A stretch of 64,000 nt of DNA from a virus: the IMG/VR virus record IMGVR_UViG_3300045199_000074, one strand, 5' to 3'. The position numbers and the translations under genes are program-made. Positions 18,371 through 27,599 of this stretch are shown piece after piece (the stretch's first letter is position 1; each line of letters opens with the position of its first letter). Below the pieces are notes generated by a model. It saw only the letters and a list, made by a program, of their open reading frames with translations. It made no database searches and had not been told where the DNA came from.

Positions 18371-19168
18371 ATGGATAACTATCTATACGATTATGTTGTT
18401 TCGTTTCTGATTTATGAGATGTCCGTCGATCAGAACGGACATCAGTTCACCATTACTGATCGCCTAATTGTTGATGCTGGCCGCGATGAGATGCTTCAGA
18501 TGGGCGGTTTCGATGGTTATGTGCAATTAGCCGCAGAAGGACTTCGCAGCAGAATGACCAAGCCTGGTATGAAGGCCGCAGTCGACATGGTCACGATCCG
18601 AGACCAGATGGTCTATCTGTCATCGAGTGATGAGCGTCATGGTTTCGTCATGCATTCACAGATGAAGGAAATTCTTTCATCGCTTGCGAAGGCTTTTAGG
18701 GACGACGGTCATTTTGAAGTTGTTGGGAAAGAGATCCGGCGCACCGACCGCCCTGCTATTGTGGAGCGTTATGAAAACCCTCCAACGGTTGCCGTCCTCC
18801 TTGTTGAAACCAAATCTGGATTGGTTGTTATTCGCAGAGGTCTTAAGGACGGATTCGGTAAACTGGCACTGCCTGGTGGATTTCATGTTAAGGGTGAAAC
18901 GTGGCAGGAGGCTGCTGCGCGCGAGGTACTAGAAGAAACTGGTCTTGCGCTCAATCCTTCTAAGATTTCTATCCGTGATCTCGTCACGGTCGGCGGAGGC
19001 ACCATTAATCTGGCTTTCGGGCAATACACTGAAATCGCAGACGATTTTGAACCAAAATTCGATAGCGAGGTTCTTGACGTCAAATGGATAAACTCACCTG
19101 TTGAATCGGCATTCGCCACGCATACAGCGATGATCAAAGCTTTTTTCGACGAAAAATTATCTAACTGA
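18371..19168 (+). CDS. Nudix hydrolase with an N-terminal extension
   Basis: Nudix box GGFHVKGETWQEAAAREVLEETG. Confidence 0.85.
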   Translation: MDNYLYDYVVSFLIYEMSVDQNGHQFTITDRLIVDAGRDEMLQMGGFDGYVQLAAEGLRSRMTKPGMKAAVDMVTIRDQMVYLSSSDERHGFVMHSQMKEILSSLAKAFRDDGHFEVVGKEIRRTDRPAIVERYENPPTVAVLLVETKSGLVVIRRGLKDGFGKLALPGGFHVKGETWQEAAAREVLEETGLALNPSKISIRDLVTVGGGTINLAFGQYTEIADDFEPKFDSEVLDVKWINSPVESAFATHTAMIKAFFDEKLSN

Positions 19169-19179
19169 AAGAGTATCGA

Positions 19180-19395
19180 ATGAACAGACCTCAACATCCC
19201 CAAGACGTGCCATTGAATGAGTGGACAGATGGATGGTTGCAACTGAGTGTAGCTAACCATTTTGGTGCACAATATTTGTTTTCCCATAACAACGAGAAAG
19301 CCAAAAATGGTTGGCCTGTTACGCATGATGAAATGGTTGCGTTTCTGATCGATAAGGGGGAAGTCCCGCAGGCGGGCACTGGATTGCCTGAATAA
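19180..19395 (+). CDS. Small hypothetical protein
   Basis: 71-aa ORF directly after the Nudix gene with GAG RBS. Confidence 0.55.
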   Translation: MNRPQHPQDVPLNEWTDGWLQLSVANHFGAQYLFSHNNEKAKNGWPVTHDEMVAFLIDKGEVPQAGTGLPE

Positions 19396-19581
19396 ATTCG
19401 GAATAAGGTGTTGTGACAAGATATTAAAGCGATCACGACGCTTTTTTAAATTCATAAATATCAATAATGATGCATTTTTTGCCTAATACGAATTATTCAT
19501 AAACAAATCTGGCACCGGCGGTTGCCAATTCCATTTCTTTCTTTGATCCTAAATGCATGTGTGTCGAATTAAGGATCATGT

Positions 19582-20013
19582 ATGTCCGACAATAGACAGC
19601 CATTTGATTGGTCTGAGGTTGCGATTGCGATGGATCGCAGCCTGCGTGTCTTTGCGGATTTTTCTAAGCCTATTTTAGTTGCGCACTCGGCTGAAAATAT
19701 GTCGATTTCTAATTTACTCTTTCTGGTTTCTGTTGGTGAGCATGAGGCGCGTGTAAATGATCTGGTTAAACGTGGCCATTATATAGGTTCAAATGCTTCC
19801 TATGCCCTTAAATCATTGCAGAGTGGTGGTTTTATTGAGCGACGGCAGGATTTAAACGATAAAAGAAATGCTATTATTGTTTGCACAGATCGCGGTCGTT
19901 CACTTGTTGGATCGATTAAAGAAGCTTGCGCCTCTAAGGGGGTATCCCCTCGTGATATCATCAAATCCCTTAAAATGTTCGATGAACATTGTATGAAACT
20001 TCCTGTGATTTAA
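19582..20013 (+). CDS. MarR-family winged-helix regulator (LdtR-like)
   Basis: RGHYIGSNASYALKSL...GFIERRQDLNDKR wing motif. Confidence 0.75.
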   Translation: MSDNRQPFDWSEVAIAMDRSLRVFADFSKPILVAHSAENMSISNLLFLVSVGEHEARVNDLVKRGHYIGSNASYALKSLQSGGFIERRQDLNDKRNAIIVCTDRGRSLVGSIKEACASKGVSPRDIIKSLKMFDEHCMKLPVI

Positions 20014-21650
20014 TGAAAATAAGAGTTCTTCCCCCGCATATTTCATCTCAAATTGCAGCTGGTGAAGTTGTTGAAAGATCAGCATCAGTTGTTAAAGAGT
20101 TAGTTGATAATGCTTTGGATTCTGGTGCTTCGTTGGTGACAGTCACTGTTCGAGGACCAGCGCTTGAACATATTAAGGTTGTCGACAACGGCAAGGGGAT
20201 GGACGTTGATGATCTGGCTCTCTCCCTGCATCGGCATGCTACTTCAAAATTGACGAATGATGACATCCTGAAGGTTTTAACATTAGGATATCGTGGAGAA
20301 GCGTTGCCTTCTATTGCGACTGTTGCAGATGTCTCAATTATCTCTCGTACTGCTGAGATGGATTGTGCTTTTATGGTCAGGAGTTGTCATGGTGATCTAC
20401 AAGCTCCGAGACCATCAGCAGGTCAGTATGGTACCATAGTGGAAGTCTTGGATCTTTTCGCGCGGCATCCAGCTCGACAGAAATTCCAGAAATCAGCAAA
20501 GACCGAGGCCGCCGCCATTCGTGAGGTCTTGGCTGCTATTGCGCTCTGTTTTCCGAGCGTCGACTTCCGTTTTTCTGTCAATGGAACCGAGGGCCGTTAT
20601 CAGGCACGTGAGAGCATCAAGGATCGTTGCGCTGACGTTCTTGGCAAGGATTTCCAAGGTAATGGTATCGAAGTGGCTCATCAGATGGGCGATATTCGTA
20701 TTGATGGCGTCACTTGCATCCCTACTGCTGCACGCTCTGACGCATCAGGCATTCGTCTTTCAGTGAATGGACGCCCTATTGCCGACAAGATGCTGAAGGC
20801 TGCTGTGCAGGCCGCTTATGCTTCTTTGATCGGTCCTGGAAGGCACCCGCAGGCCTACATTGCAATCACCCTTCCCTCCAACCTTGTCGACATCAATGTT
20901 CATCCTCGGAAGGCTGAAGTTCGTTTCATGCGACCAAGTGATGTGGCGACGGCAGTGAGACAGGCCGTTGAACACGCGCTCGATCATTCGGGACTGCGTT
21001 CACCAATCTCGCTACCTGATCTAGCTCGTACGCTTGCGTCGGAAAACGAAATTGGCGTCGATGATCGCCGTCGTCTGCCGCTTGGTCAGTTTGTTGGCCA
21101 AACAAATGGCTCCTGGTTAATATCCGAGACCGCAGATGGTATCGTCATCATTGACCAGCATGCCGCACATGAGCGGGTCATTCTGGAGCGTTTGAAGCAG
21201 CATATGGACGGCGTGACAATCCCTGCGTTCGTCTATCCAGAGCCTGTTTCTATTGATGTTTCATTCTCGGATGCGACCTGTGTTGATGAAGCGGCCGAGG
21301 TGTACGCTGATCTTGGCTTCAAGACGCGCGTCGCTGGAGAAGTTGTCCAACTTATTGCTGTTCCCAGTGTTCTGGCGGATGTGTCGCCTAAGTCACTTGT
21401 CACTCTGGTCGTCCGTTGTGCGGTTGACGGTGTTGGCGCGGGTGTCTTGAAGGAAGCGTTGTGGGAGAAGTTGGCAACGGCGGCCTGTAAGGCAGCGATC
21501 AAGGCTGGTGATGATCTGACACCAGAACGAGCTGACCTGTTGCTTCGTGAAATCGAGGCGACCCCTAATGCTTCTTATTGCAACCACGGAAGACCGACTG
21601 TTGCCTTTCTTAAGAACGAGGATATTGCCAAACTTTTTGCCCGAGGTTGA
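20013..21650 (+). CDS. mutL: DNA mismatch repair endonuclease MutL
   Basis: IAAGEVVER, VKELVDNALD, DINVHPRK, endonuclease motif DQHAAHERVILE, ACK and CNHGRP; TAATG overlap with the MarR gene. Confidence 0.93.
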   Translation: MKIRVLPPHISSQIAAGEVVERSASVVKELVDNALDSGASLVTVTVRGPALEHIKVVDNGKGMDVDDLALSLHRHATSKLTNDDILKVLTLGYRGEALPSIATVADVSIISRTAEMDCAFMVRSCHGDLQAPRPSAGQYGTIVEVLDLFARHPARQKFQKSAKTEAAAIREVLAAIALCFPSVDFRFSVNGTEGRYQARESIKDRCADVLGKDFQGNGIEVAHQMGDIRIDGVTCIPTAARSDASGIRLSVNGRPIADKMLKAAVQAAYASLIGPGRHPQAYIAITLPSNLVDINVHPRKAEVRFMRPSDVATAVRQAVEHALDHSGLRSPISLPDLARTLASENEIGVDDRRRLPLGQFVGQTNGSWLISETADGIVIIDQHAAHERVILERLKQHMDGVTIPAFVYPEPVSIDVSFSDATCVDEAAEVYADLGFKTRVAGEVVQLIAVPSVLADVSPKSLVTLVVRCAVDGVGAGVLKEALWEKLATAACKAAIKAGDDLTPERADLLLREIEATPNASYCNHGRPTVAFLKNEDIAKLFARG

Positions 21651-21703
21651 TTTGTGGATTGCGCTATTCGCGATCAATCTGGTTGGAATAGCGGAGGTAT
21701 GAA

Positions 21704-22279
21704 ATGAGTAAATTTACTGAAGCGCAATTGCGCGCATATATCGAAAAGATTTCTGACGATCACGGTCTTGGCATTACAATTTCGGACGCTCCTATTCGTT
21801 TGGAAGATCGCCATTTTAATTTCAAGGGCCGCATCAAGGGCACTCGTGGCGAAAAAGTAATTGCCGTCCCGTTTGAGAGTTTCCAGTACGGAGTTATTAC
21901 GGCTCGTTCGGTGCTCTACGGTACTCATGAACGCGAAATAGCCTGGCTCGTGAACGGACAGGCTTGCGGACGTCGAACTGGGGAGGCCGCATGTTTTGTT
22001 GGCAGAACTCTTCCCGTGTCTCTCCATATCTCTAAAGCACAGCTGAAAGAATGGACGCATGAAAATCTCGAACGCGCTCCAGAAGATAAGAAGGCTACGT
22101 GGCTGAAACACTTCGATCAGAACTACGAAGGCCTTCTGGAGAAGGGGTTGTATGCCGACGAAGCAAGCTTTGGCCGCTATGTTGATAACGGTGGCGATTA
22201 CCTGAATCTACAGTTGGAACCTATTTCGGTTGCGGCCAACGAGCCTGAGCCTGAAGCGGTCTCCACGCTGAAGATGTGA
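21704..22279 (+). CDS. Hypothetical protein ending EPEPEAVSTLKM
   Basis: GGAGG RBS; followed by a terminator. Confidence 0.75.
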   Translation: MSKFTEAQLRAYIEKISDDHGLGITISDAPIRLEDRHFNFKGRIKGTRGEKVIAVPFESFQYGVITARSVLYGTHEREIAWLVNGQACGRRTGEAACFVGRTLPVSLHISKAQLKEWTHENLERAPEDKKATWLKHFDQNYEGLLEKGLYADEASFGRYVDNGGDYLNLQLEPISVAANEPEPEAVSTLKM

Positions 22280-22285
22280 CACGAA

Positions 22286-22308
22286 AAAGGGCGCTCATAG
22301 CGCCCTTT
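22286..22308. terminator. Bidirectional terminator
   Basis: AAAGGGCGCT-CAT-AGCGCCCTTT. Confidence 0.75.
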
Positions 22309-22766
22309 CACTTTAGTGCTGGTGTCGTGTTGAATTGATTGAGAAGCCCTTGAGCGATGATTTTCGCATCCTCTAGTTCCATATCGGTGTAGGGCGCAAG
22401 CGGGCGGTCAAATTCCAAATCATTTTCATCGTCCACATAGATTTGGATTAATTCTGCAGCCGATGCCAATGTGTCCTCTGAATAGAATTGGATATGCAGC
22501 CAGCTTTCCATTTCGTTCTGGACATCTGCTAATGGTCGACGGCCTCGAATGTCCCAAGCCATTTCGTTATCATCGATACAAAATACGTGGCAGACCGAGG
22601 CAATGTAGTTGTCTTCGTCGTCTGGATCTATCCAATGTGGCTCGCCATCGTCGAGGATGACGAGCATTTTCCAACCTGTTATCTCATGAATGGCAAGAGC
22701 GAGCACATGGCAAGAGCCAGTCGTATAGAGATCGATCTCGGTACTTGTTGCTTCGCTAAATTCCAT
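22308..22766 (-). CDS. Hypothetical protein with a putative Cys-His-Asp triad
   Basis: GSCHVLALAI...HVFC...WDIRG. Confidence 0.7.
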   Translation of the reverse strand: MEFSEATSTEIDLYTTGSCHVLALAIHEITGWKMLVILDDGEPHWIDPDDEDNYIASVCHVFCIDDNEMAWDIRGRRPLADVQNEMESWLHIQFYSEDTLASAAELIQIYVDDENDLEFDRPLAPYTDMELEDAKIIAQGLLNQFNTTPALK

Positions 22767-22769
22767 GAG

Positions 22770-23957
22770 TTATCGCCTGCCAAATGTCATTCTTGGAGAC
22801 GGGCGTTCGAAACTTTCATCGTCGTCAATGCCTCCAGACGAGTTACCATAATTTCTGCCTGCTGAAGTTGGGGTAGATGGTTCTGGATTTTCAAAACCTC
22901 TGCGATCAACACGTTCTGTGTTCATGCGTTTTACAGATTCATCATCAAATAGCTTCAAAATAGTAGTTGGAGTGTTGCCATAGCCACGTTTGTTAGTTGG
23001 TAATCGTTCAATGCTCACAGGATCACGTTTAAAAACAGGAGCCATTGATGAGATGACAGGAATGATTTTACCCGTCTTGCCTCCGAATGCCCATTCTTCT
23101 TCCATTGAAATAACTACAAGTGAGGGTAGGAAACCAATCTGGTTGCCAATCGCGTATTGCGAACTGAAGTTTCCGATTACTGATTTACCTGTTTCATTTC
23201 TTGGATTCACGTCTTTGATCACTTGCTCCTTACCCATTTGCAATGACCAGGCGGGTATTATTTCAAGCAAGTAGTCCGAAGCAGGTGTAACTCCGGCATG
23301 ATTTAGATCATCGATAAGATGATCAATAGTCTTTTCATGGGTATGGAAAAACGTTTCTGTCTGCCCGTGGCTATCACGAATAAAAAATCCTGGGTTCCCT
23401 CCAGGCCAACGTTCACTTTTGATACGATCAAAAGCTACACGAAGCCCTTCTTCAGAATTAACAACCATCGCTTTAGCGCCATCTGTAATAATTCCGGACT
23501 GCAAAGCACCTTTTTTATTCACGTTAGCTTTAGTCGGCCGCGTCATCGCGGTCATTACCTGTACTTCTCCAAGAAGTTTGTCGTGGACACGCGCAACCAC
23601 AGCACCGACCATTACCTTATTATTTTCTACATAGCTGCGGTCAAATCCTATTACATCGCCTTTTATGGCAGAAGAAATCCATTCATTGCCAGCAATTGCT
23701 GTTTTTAGTGAATTACGATCTGAAATATGACCTGTTGCTTGTTTCAAAGCAATTTTTTGCCCTGCCTTAAGCCCGTATGCATCAACAAGAAGGTGGCCTT
23801 TTATTTCATCGCTGCCAATAACTTCATCTATGGTCACAAAAACTGGCAATCCAACAGCGAGTTTTTCCTTACTTTTTTCAACAGCCGAGTTAAATGCGGC
23901 TTCACCACTCGCTCGAAGGCTAAATCCATTAGGTCTTTTAGAATTTGATAAGACCAT
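22770..23957 (-). CDS. Hypothetical protein
   Basis: GGAG RBS before MVLSNSK; ~395 aa with an acidic tail ending MTFGRR. Confidence 0.75.
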   Translation of the reverse strand: MVLSNSKRPNGFSLRASGEAAFNSAVEKSKEKLAVGLPVFVTIDEVIGSDEIKGHLLVDAYGLKAGQKIALKQATGHISDRNSLKTAIAGNEWISSAIKGDVIGFDRSYVENNKVMVGAVVARVHDKLLGEVQVMTAMTRPTKANVNKKGALQSGIITDGAKAMVVNSEEGLRVAFDRIKSERWPGGNPGFFIRDSHGQTETFFHTHEKTIDHLIDDLNHAGVTPASDYLLEIIPAWSLQMGKEQVIKDVNPRNETGKSVIGNFSSQYAIGNQIGFLPSLVVISMEEEWAFGGKTGKIIPVISSMAPVFKRDPVSIERLPTNKRGYGNTPTTILKLFDDESVKRMNTERVDRRGFENPEPSTPTSAGRNYGNSSGGIDDDESFERPSPRMTFGRR

Positions 23958-24025
23958 AATATTCTCCAAATATTAATTTGGGGAATTGTTTCATTTTTTA
24001 ATGCATAAATCTAATCGGCGGAAGA

Positions 24026-24102
24026 TGGAAGACGCATTCGGGATTGAACCGAAGACCTGCGGTTTAAGAGACCGCCGCTCTAACCTGCTGAGCTATACGT
24101 CC
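24026..24102 (-). tRNA. tRNA-Lys(CTT)
   Basis: GCGGT-CTCTTAA-ACCGC; encoded CCA; G1:U72 and U73. Confidence 0.88.
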
Positions 24103-24116
24103 ATAGTGAGAACAAT

Positions 24117-24194
24117 TGGTGAACGCGGTGGGATTCGAACCCACGTAGACAGGGATTAAAAGTCCCTCGCTAAAACCTACTCAGCTACGCGTCC
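24117..24194 (-). tRNA. tRNA-Lys(TTT)
   Basis: AGGGA-CTTTTAA-TCCCT; T-loop TTCGAAT; encoded CCA. Confidence 0.9.
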
Positions 24195-24196
24195 AT

Positions 24197-24275
24197 TTGA
24201 TAATCTTAATATGACATATCTAAATATCGTCGTCAACATTAAAAATAAAGAATATGTAATTATTTCAATGTGTTA
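24197..24275 (-). promoter_or_regulatory. Sigma70-type promoter of the tRNA-Lys pair with an upstream IHF-like site
   Basis: TTGACG-17nt-CATATT; TTTCAATGTGTTA at 24263-24275; same spacing as 7339-7417. Confidence 0.6.
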
Positions 24276-24347
24276 GAATTACAGGCAAGCAAAACTGTGG
24301 CGCTAAATACGGCGCTTATAACGAATAGTAATTAGGTTTTATTTCTT

Positions 24348-24428
24348 GGCACTGCGCAATAAAAAGGCCGCGAGGACATCGCGGCTCACAAAGAGTACGA
24401 ATATCCTTCTGCTAGGATGCGCAGTGCT
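24348..24428. other. Structured element: long stem enclosing two hairpins, including a minus-strand terminator
   Basis: GCACTGCGCA/TGCGCAGTGC; GCCGCGA/TCGCGGC with adjacent A-run; ATCCT/AGGAT. Confidence 0.55.
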
Positions 24429-24641
24429 GTGGTTTTCGTTTAAGTGCAGTCATAAAAGTTGACATTGTAATTTCCTTGTATTTTCAGAATTACCCATACC
24501 CGATCTATTCGGGCTAAACAAGCGCATCTTATTCATTATTTCATGTAAAAATCTGATCTAATTATTCTCTCCTTATTAAATTTCGTTGCGGAATACGATA
24601 TGTCGAGCCATCATAAATTGAATTAATCAGGAGCAAAAGCA

Positions 24642-25220
24642 TTGGCCAAAACTCGAATTGGTATGGGACAGGAGGCCTTGGCTGTTATTGCGCCAGAGTT
24701 GATAAACTTTATCCGCTCTGTATCTGCTATTGAGCGTTGTTCTGCACTTGCAGTTTCGAACGCTTTGCTTTTGAAGTCAGCTTCTCATTGGGGACGTGAA
24801 ATCACTCATCAGCCTATGAAAATCAAACCAGAGAAAATCACTGCTGTTCTCGACGCTCTGCATGATCAGTATGTTCGGTTGGAAACGGCATTTGATAATA
24901 CGGACGGCAGTAATATGAATGACGTTTATGTAATGGCCTGCAAATGGGAAATGATTGCGACCCAGGTGGTAATGGTGACTGTTGGCGCTAGTCTTTCTCG
25001 TGAATACGCAAATGTGGCAAATCAGGCTTGGAAACATTTGGCTAAATCGAGGCATGTTGCCCAACTCGCTGTAAATTCCCTTTTGGAATACGGAAAATTC
25101 TATCAGGACTCCCCTGTTCCTCTCCTGCCTGGTAAACAACCAACCAAAAATTATTTGTTCGCTTTGGCGACTAATTTACCTCCGATGTTTAGTGTAAAGA
25201 AGAAAGTTCAGCAAAAATGA
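24642..25220 (+). CDS. Hypothetical protein
   Basis: AGGAG RBS before TTG; ATGA overlap with the PBP gene. Confidence 0.7.
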   Translation: MAKTRIGMGQEALAVIAPELINFIRSVSAIERCSALAVSNALLLKSASHWGREITHQPMKIKPEKITAVLDALHDQYVRLETAFDNTDGSNMNDVYVMACKWEMIATQVVMVTVGASLSREYANVANQAWKHLAKSRHVAQLAVNSLLEYGKFYQDSPVPLLPGKQPTKNYLFALATNLPPMFSVKKKVQQK

Positions 25221-27472
25221 GTTTAGCAAGAACACTCATGTCGGGGATATCAGTCCTTGGCCTGACTGGTACTTTGATAATTGGTTCTGTTGGTCTGTCG
25301 TATATTAAGAATGTTGATGGAACTCTTCCTGATCATAAGGTTCTTAACTCATGGGTTCCTTCTGAAGGGACAACTATTATCTCCAGTGATGGTGTATTGC
25401 TTGGTGTTCATGCTAAAGAGCATCGTAAATTTGTTCCCTTGAAAGAAATTCCTAATGTTTTGATTTCTGCATTTATTTCGGCAGAGGACGGGAATTATTG
25501 GCACCATCACGGCATTGATGTAGTTTCAATTACACGTGCAGCTCTTTCTAATTTGAAATCAGGGCCAGATACTCGACTTGAAGGTGGCTCAACGATAACA
25601 CAACAGGTGGTCAAAAATATGCTTTTGACATCTGAACGTACTCTTGATCGAAAGATAAAGGAGGCAATTCTCGCTCTTAAATCTGATCGAGATATCGGTA
25701 AAAATAAAATTCTAGAGATATATCTTAATCAGATTTATTTTGGATCTGGCGCTTATGGTGTGTCGGTGGCGGCTGAGACATATTTTGGTAAAGATCTTTC
25801 AGAATTGAGTATTGCAGAAGCGGCCATGTTGGCTGGTCTCCCAAAGGCACCAAGTGCTGCTAATCCATACACAAATCCCGAACGTGCGCTTGATCGACGG
25901 AATTATGTTCTCCGTAGAATGTTGGAAAATGGATATATTTCAGAGCAAGAGCATAAAGTTGCCGTATCTATCCCTATGAACGCGAATAAAAATAGCGTCA
26001 ACGTTGCTACTGGTGATCCTTCTATGTGGTATGCGCAGGAAGCTGTTCGAAGACAGATACTCCAGTCCCATGGTGAAAAACAACTTTATGAAGGTGGAGG
26101 CGATGTTGTTTCAACGATCAATTCACGTATTCAAAAAATAGTTCATGCTGAATTACGTCGGCATCTTGTTCTTGAGGATCGAAAGTCTGGTTGGAGGGGT
26201 CCGCTTAAGACGGGTTATATCGGCAGTATTGACTGGACGTCTCCATTGCTTGCAAAGCCATCGGGTGCGGAAGATTGGTCTGTTGCAGTGGTTCTGTCTG
26301 CAAATCGCGATGCATTGCTCGAAACTGAGAATGGAGAAGTTTCCATCACAGGCGTTAGTCTTTCATGGGCAACACCTAAAAAACACGCTGCTTCCATTCT
26401 AAAGCCAGGTGATGTGGTTTTGCTTGCAGACCTGGGAAGTGGTTTAGAACTTGTTCAGTTGCCCGTTCTTCAGGGGGCAGTTGTCGTTATGAACCCCAAT
26501 GACGGCTCAGTTCTTGGCCTTGCAGGTGGATTTAGCGGTGAAACCAGCGAGTTTGATCGTGCTACGCAAGCAAAGAGACAGACAGGCTCTGTTTTCAAAC
26601 CTTTTGTTTATATGGCTGCCATTGAAGCTGGCTACAATGCAACGTCTCCGGTTCTTGATAGCCCGATTGCAATAGATCAAGGGACAGGGAAACGTGATTG
26701 GCGTCCTAGCGGCGGTTCGTCTGGTGGATTAGGAATGATTACATTTCGTAGATCACTAGAATTGTCTCGAAATTTATCTACTGTTCGACTTCTCTATGAT
26801 CTCGGTATGGATCGTGTTGTTAATCTAGCTACGCGCGTCGGCTTTAAAATGCCAGCAAATGCATCATATGCCATGGCTCTGGGTGCGACTGAAGCAACAC
26901 CTATGGAAGTCGCAAGCGCATATTCAGCATTTGCAAATGGCGGGTATCGTGTTCAGCCTAAACTTTTATCTGGCGACATCGAAGCTCAACAAAGAGTTTT
27001 CCAACCGATGGATGTTGCCAAGATTACGTCCATCTTGGAAGGTGTGGTTAAGGCTGGTACGGCGCAAAAAGCGTTTTCAAAGTTCAAGCATCCGCTTGCT
27101 GGCAAGACTGGAACAACCAACGAATCCCGCGATGCTTGGTTTGCAGCCTATGGGCCAGATATTGTGATCGTTGGTTGGTTGGGGCGTGATGATGATGCTC
27201 CGCTTTACAAAGGGGCTGCAGGTGGTTCAAGTGCGGCTCCTTTGGTCAGGGATATTCTAGACGATCTGGATGGATTGGTTCCACTTAATGATTTTCGTAT
27301 TCCTGCTGAAGCTGAAACCGTTCTTGTAAACCGAAAAACAGGAGCTGTTGATCCTGATGGTGATGTTCTGGAAGTGATGTCTACCGATGAAATTAGACAA
27401 CTTACGCCATCAGAACCTGAGAAAAACGTGGAAGACTATGTCGATAGTGATCAGGAGTTTTTTGACGAATAG
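25217..27472 (+). CDS. mrcA: Class A penicillin-binding protein 1A (transglycosylase/transpeptidase)
   Basis: AEDGNY, GGSTITQQ, RKIKE, ILEIYLN; SVFK, SRN and KTG motifs. Confidence 0.9.
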   Translation: MSLARTLMSGISVLGLTGTLIIGSVGLSYIKNVDGTLPDHKVLNSWVPSEGTTIISSDGVLLGVHAKEHRKFVPLKEIPNVLISAFISAEDGNYWHHHGIDVVSITRAALSNLKSGPDTRLEGGSTITQQVVKNMLLTSERTLDRKIKEAILALKSDRDIGKNKILEIYLNQIYFGSGAYGVSVAAETYFGKDLSELSIAEAAMLAGLPKAPSAANPYTNPERALDRRNYVLRRMLENGYISEQEHKVAVSIPMNANKNSVNVATGDPSMWYAQEAVRRQILQSHGEKQLYEGGGDVVSTINSRIQKIVHAELRRHLVLEDRKSGWRGPLKTGYIGSIDWTSPLLAKPSGAEDWSVAVVLSANRDALLETENGEVSITGVSLSWATPKKHAASILKPGDVVLLADLGSGLELVQLPVLQGAVVVMNPNDGSVLGLAGGFSGETSEFDRATQAKRQTGSVFKPFVYMAAIEAGYNATSPVLDSPIAIDQGTGKRDWRPSGGSSGGLGMITFRRSLELSRNLSTVRLLYDLGMDRVVNLATRVGFKMPANASYAMALGATEATPMEVASAYSAFANGGYRVQPKLLSGDIEAQQRVFQPMDVAKITSILEGVVKAGTAQKAFSKFKHPLAGKTGTTNESRDAWFAAYGPDIVIVGWLGRDDDAPLYKGAAGGSSAAPLVRDILDDLDGLVPLNDFRIPAEAETVLVNRKTGAVDPDGDVLEVMSTDEIRQLTPSEPEKNVEDYVDSDQEFFDE

Positions 27473-27599
27473 TTTTAGAAATTTATCAAAGAATGATGAG
27501 AAAATGGCATTTCAGGCTGACATTACAATAAAATCATTGACTTTTATCTCGCCGACACGATCCACTGAGATGGGTGGAAAAAGTTGAAGGGAGTGACTT

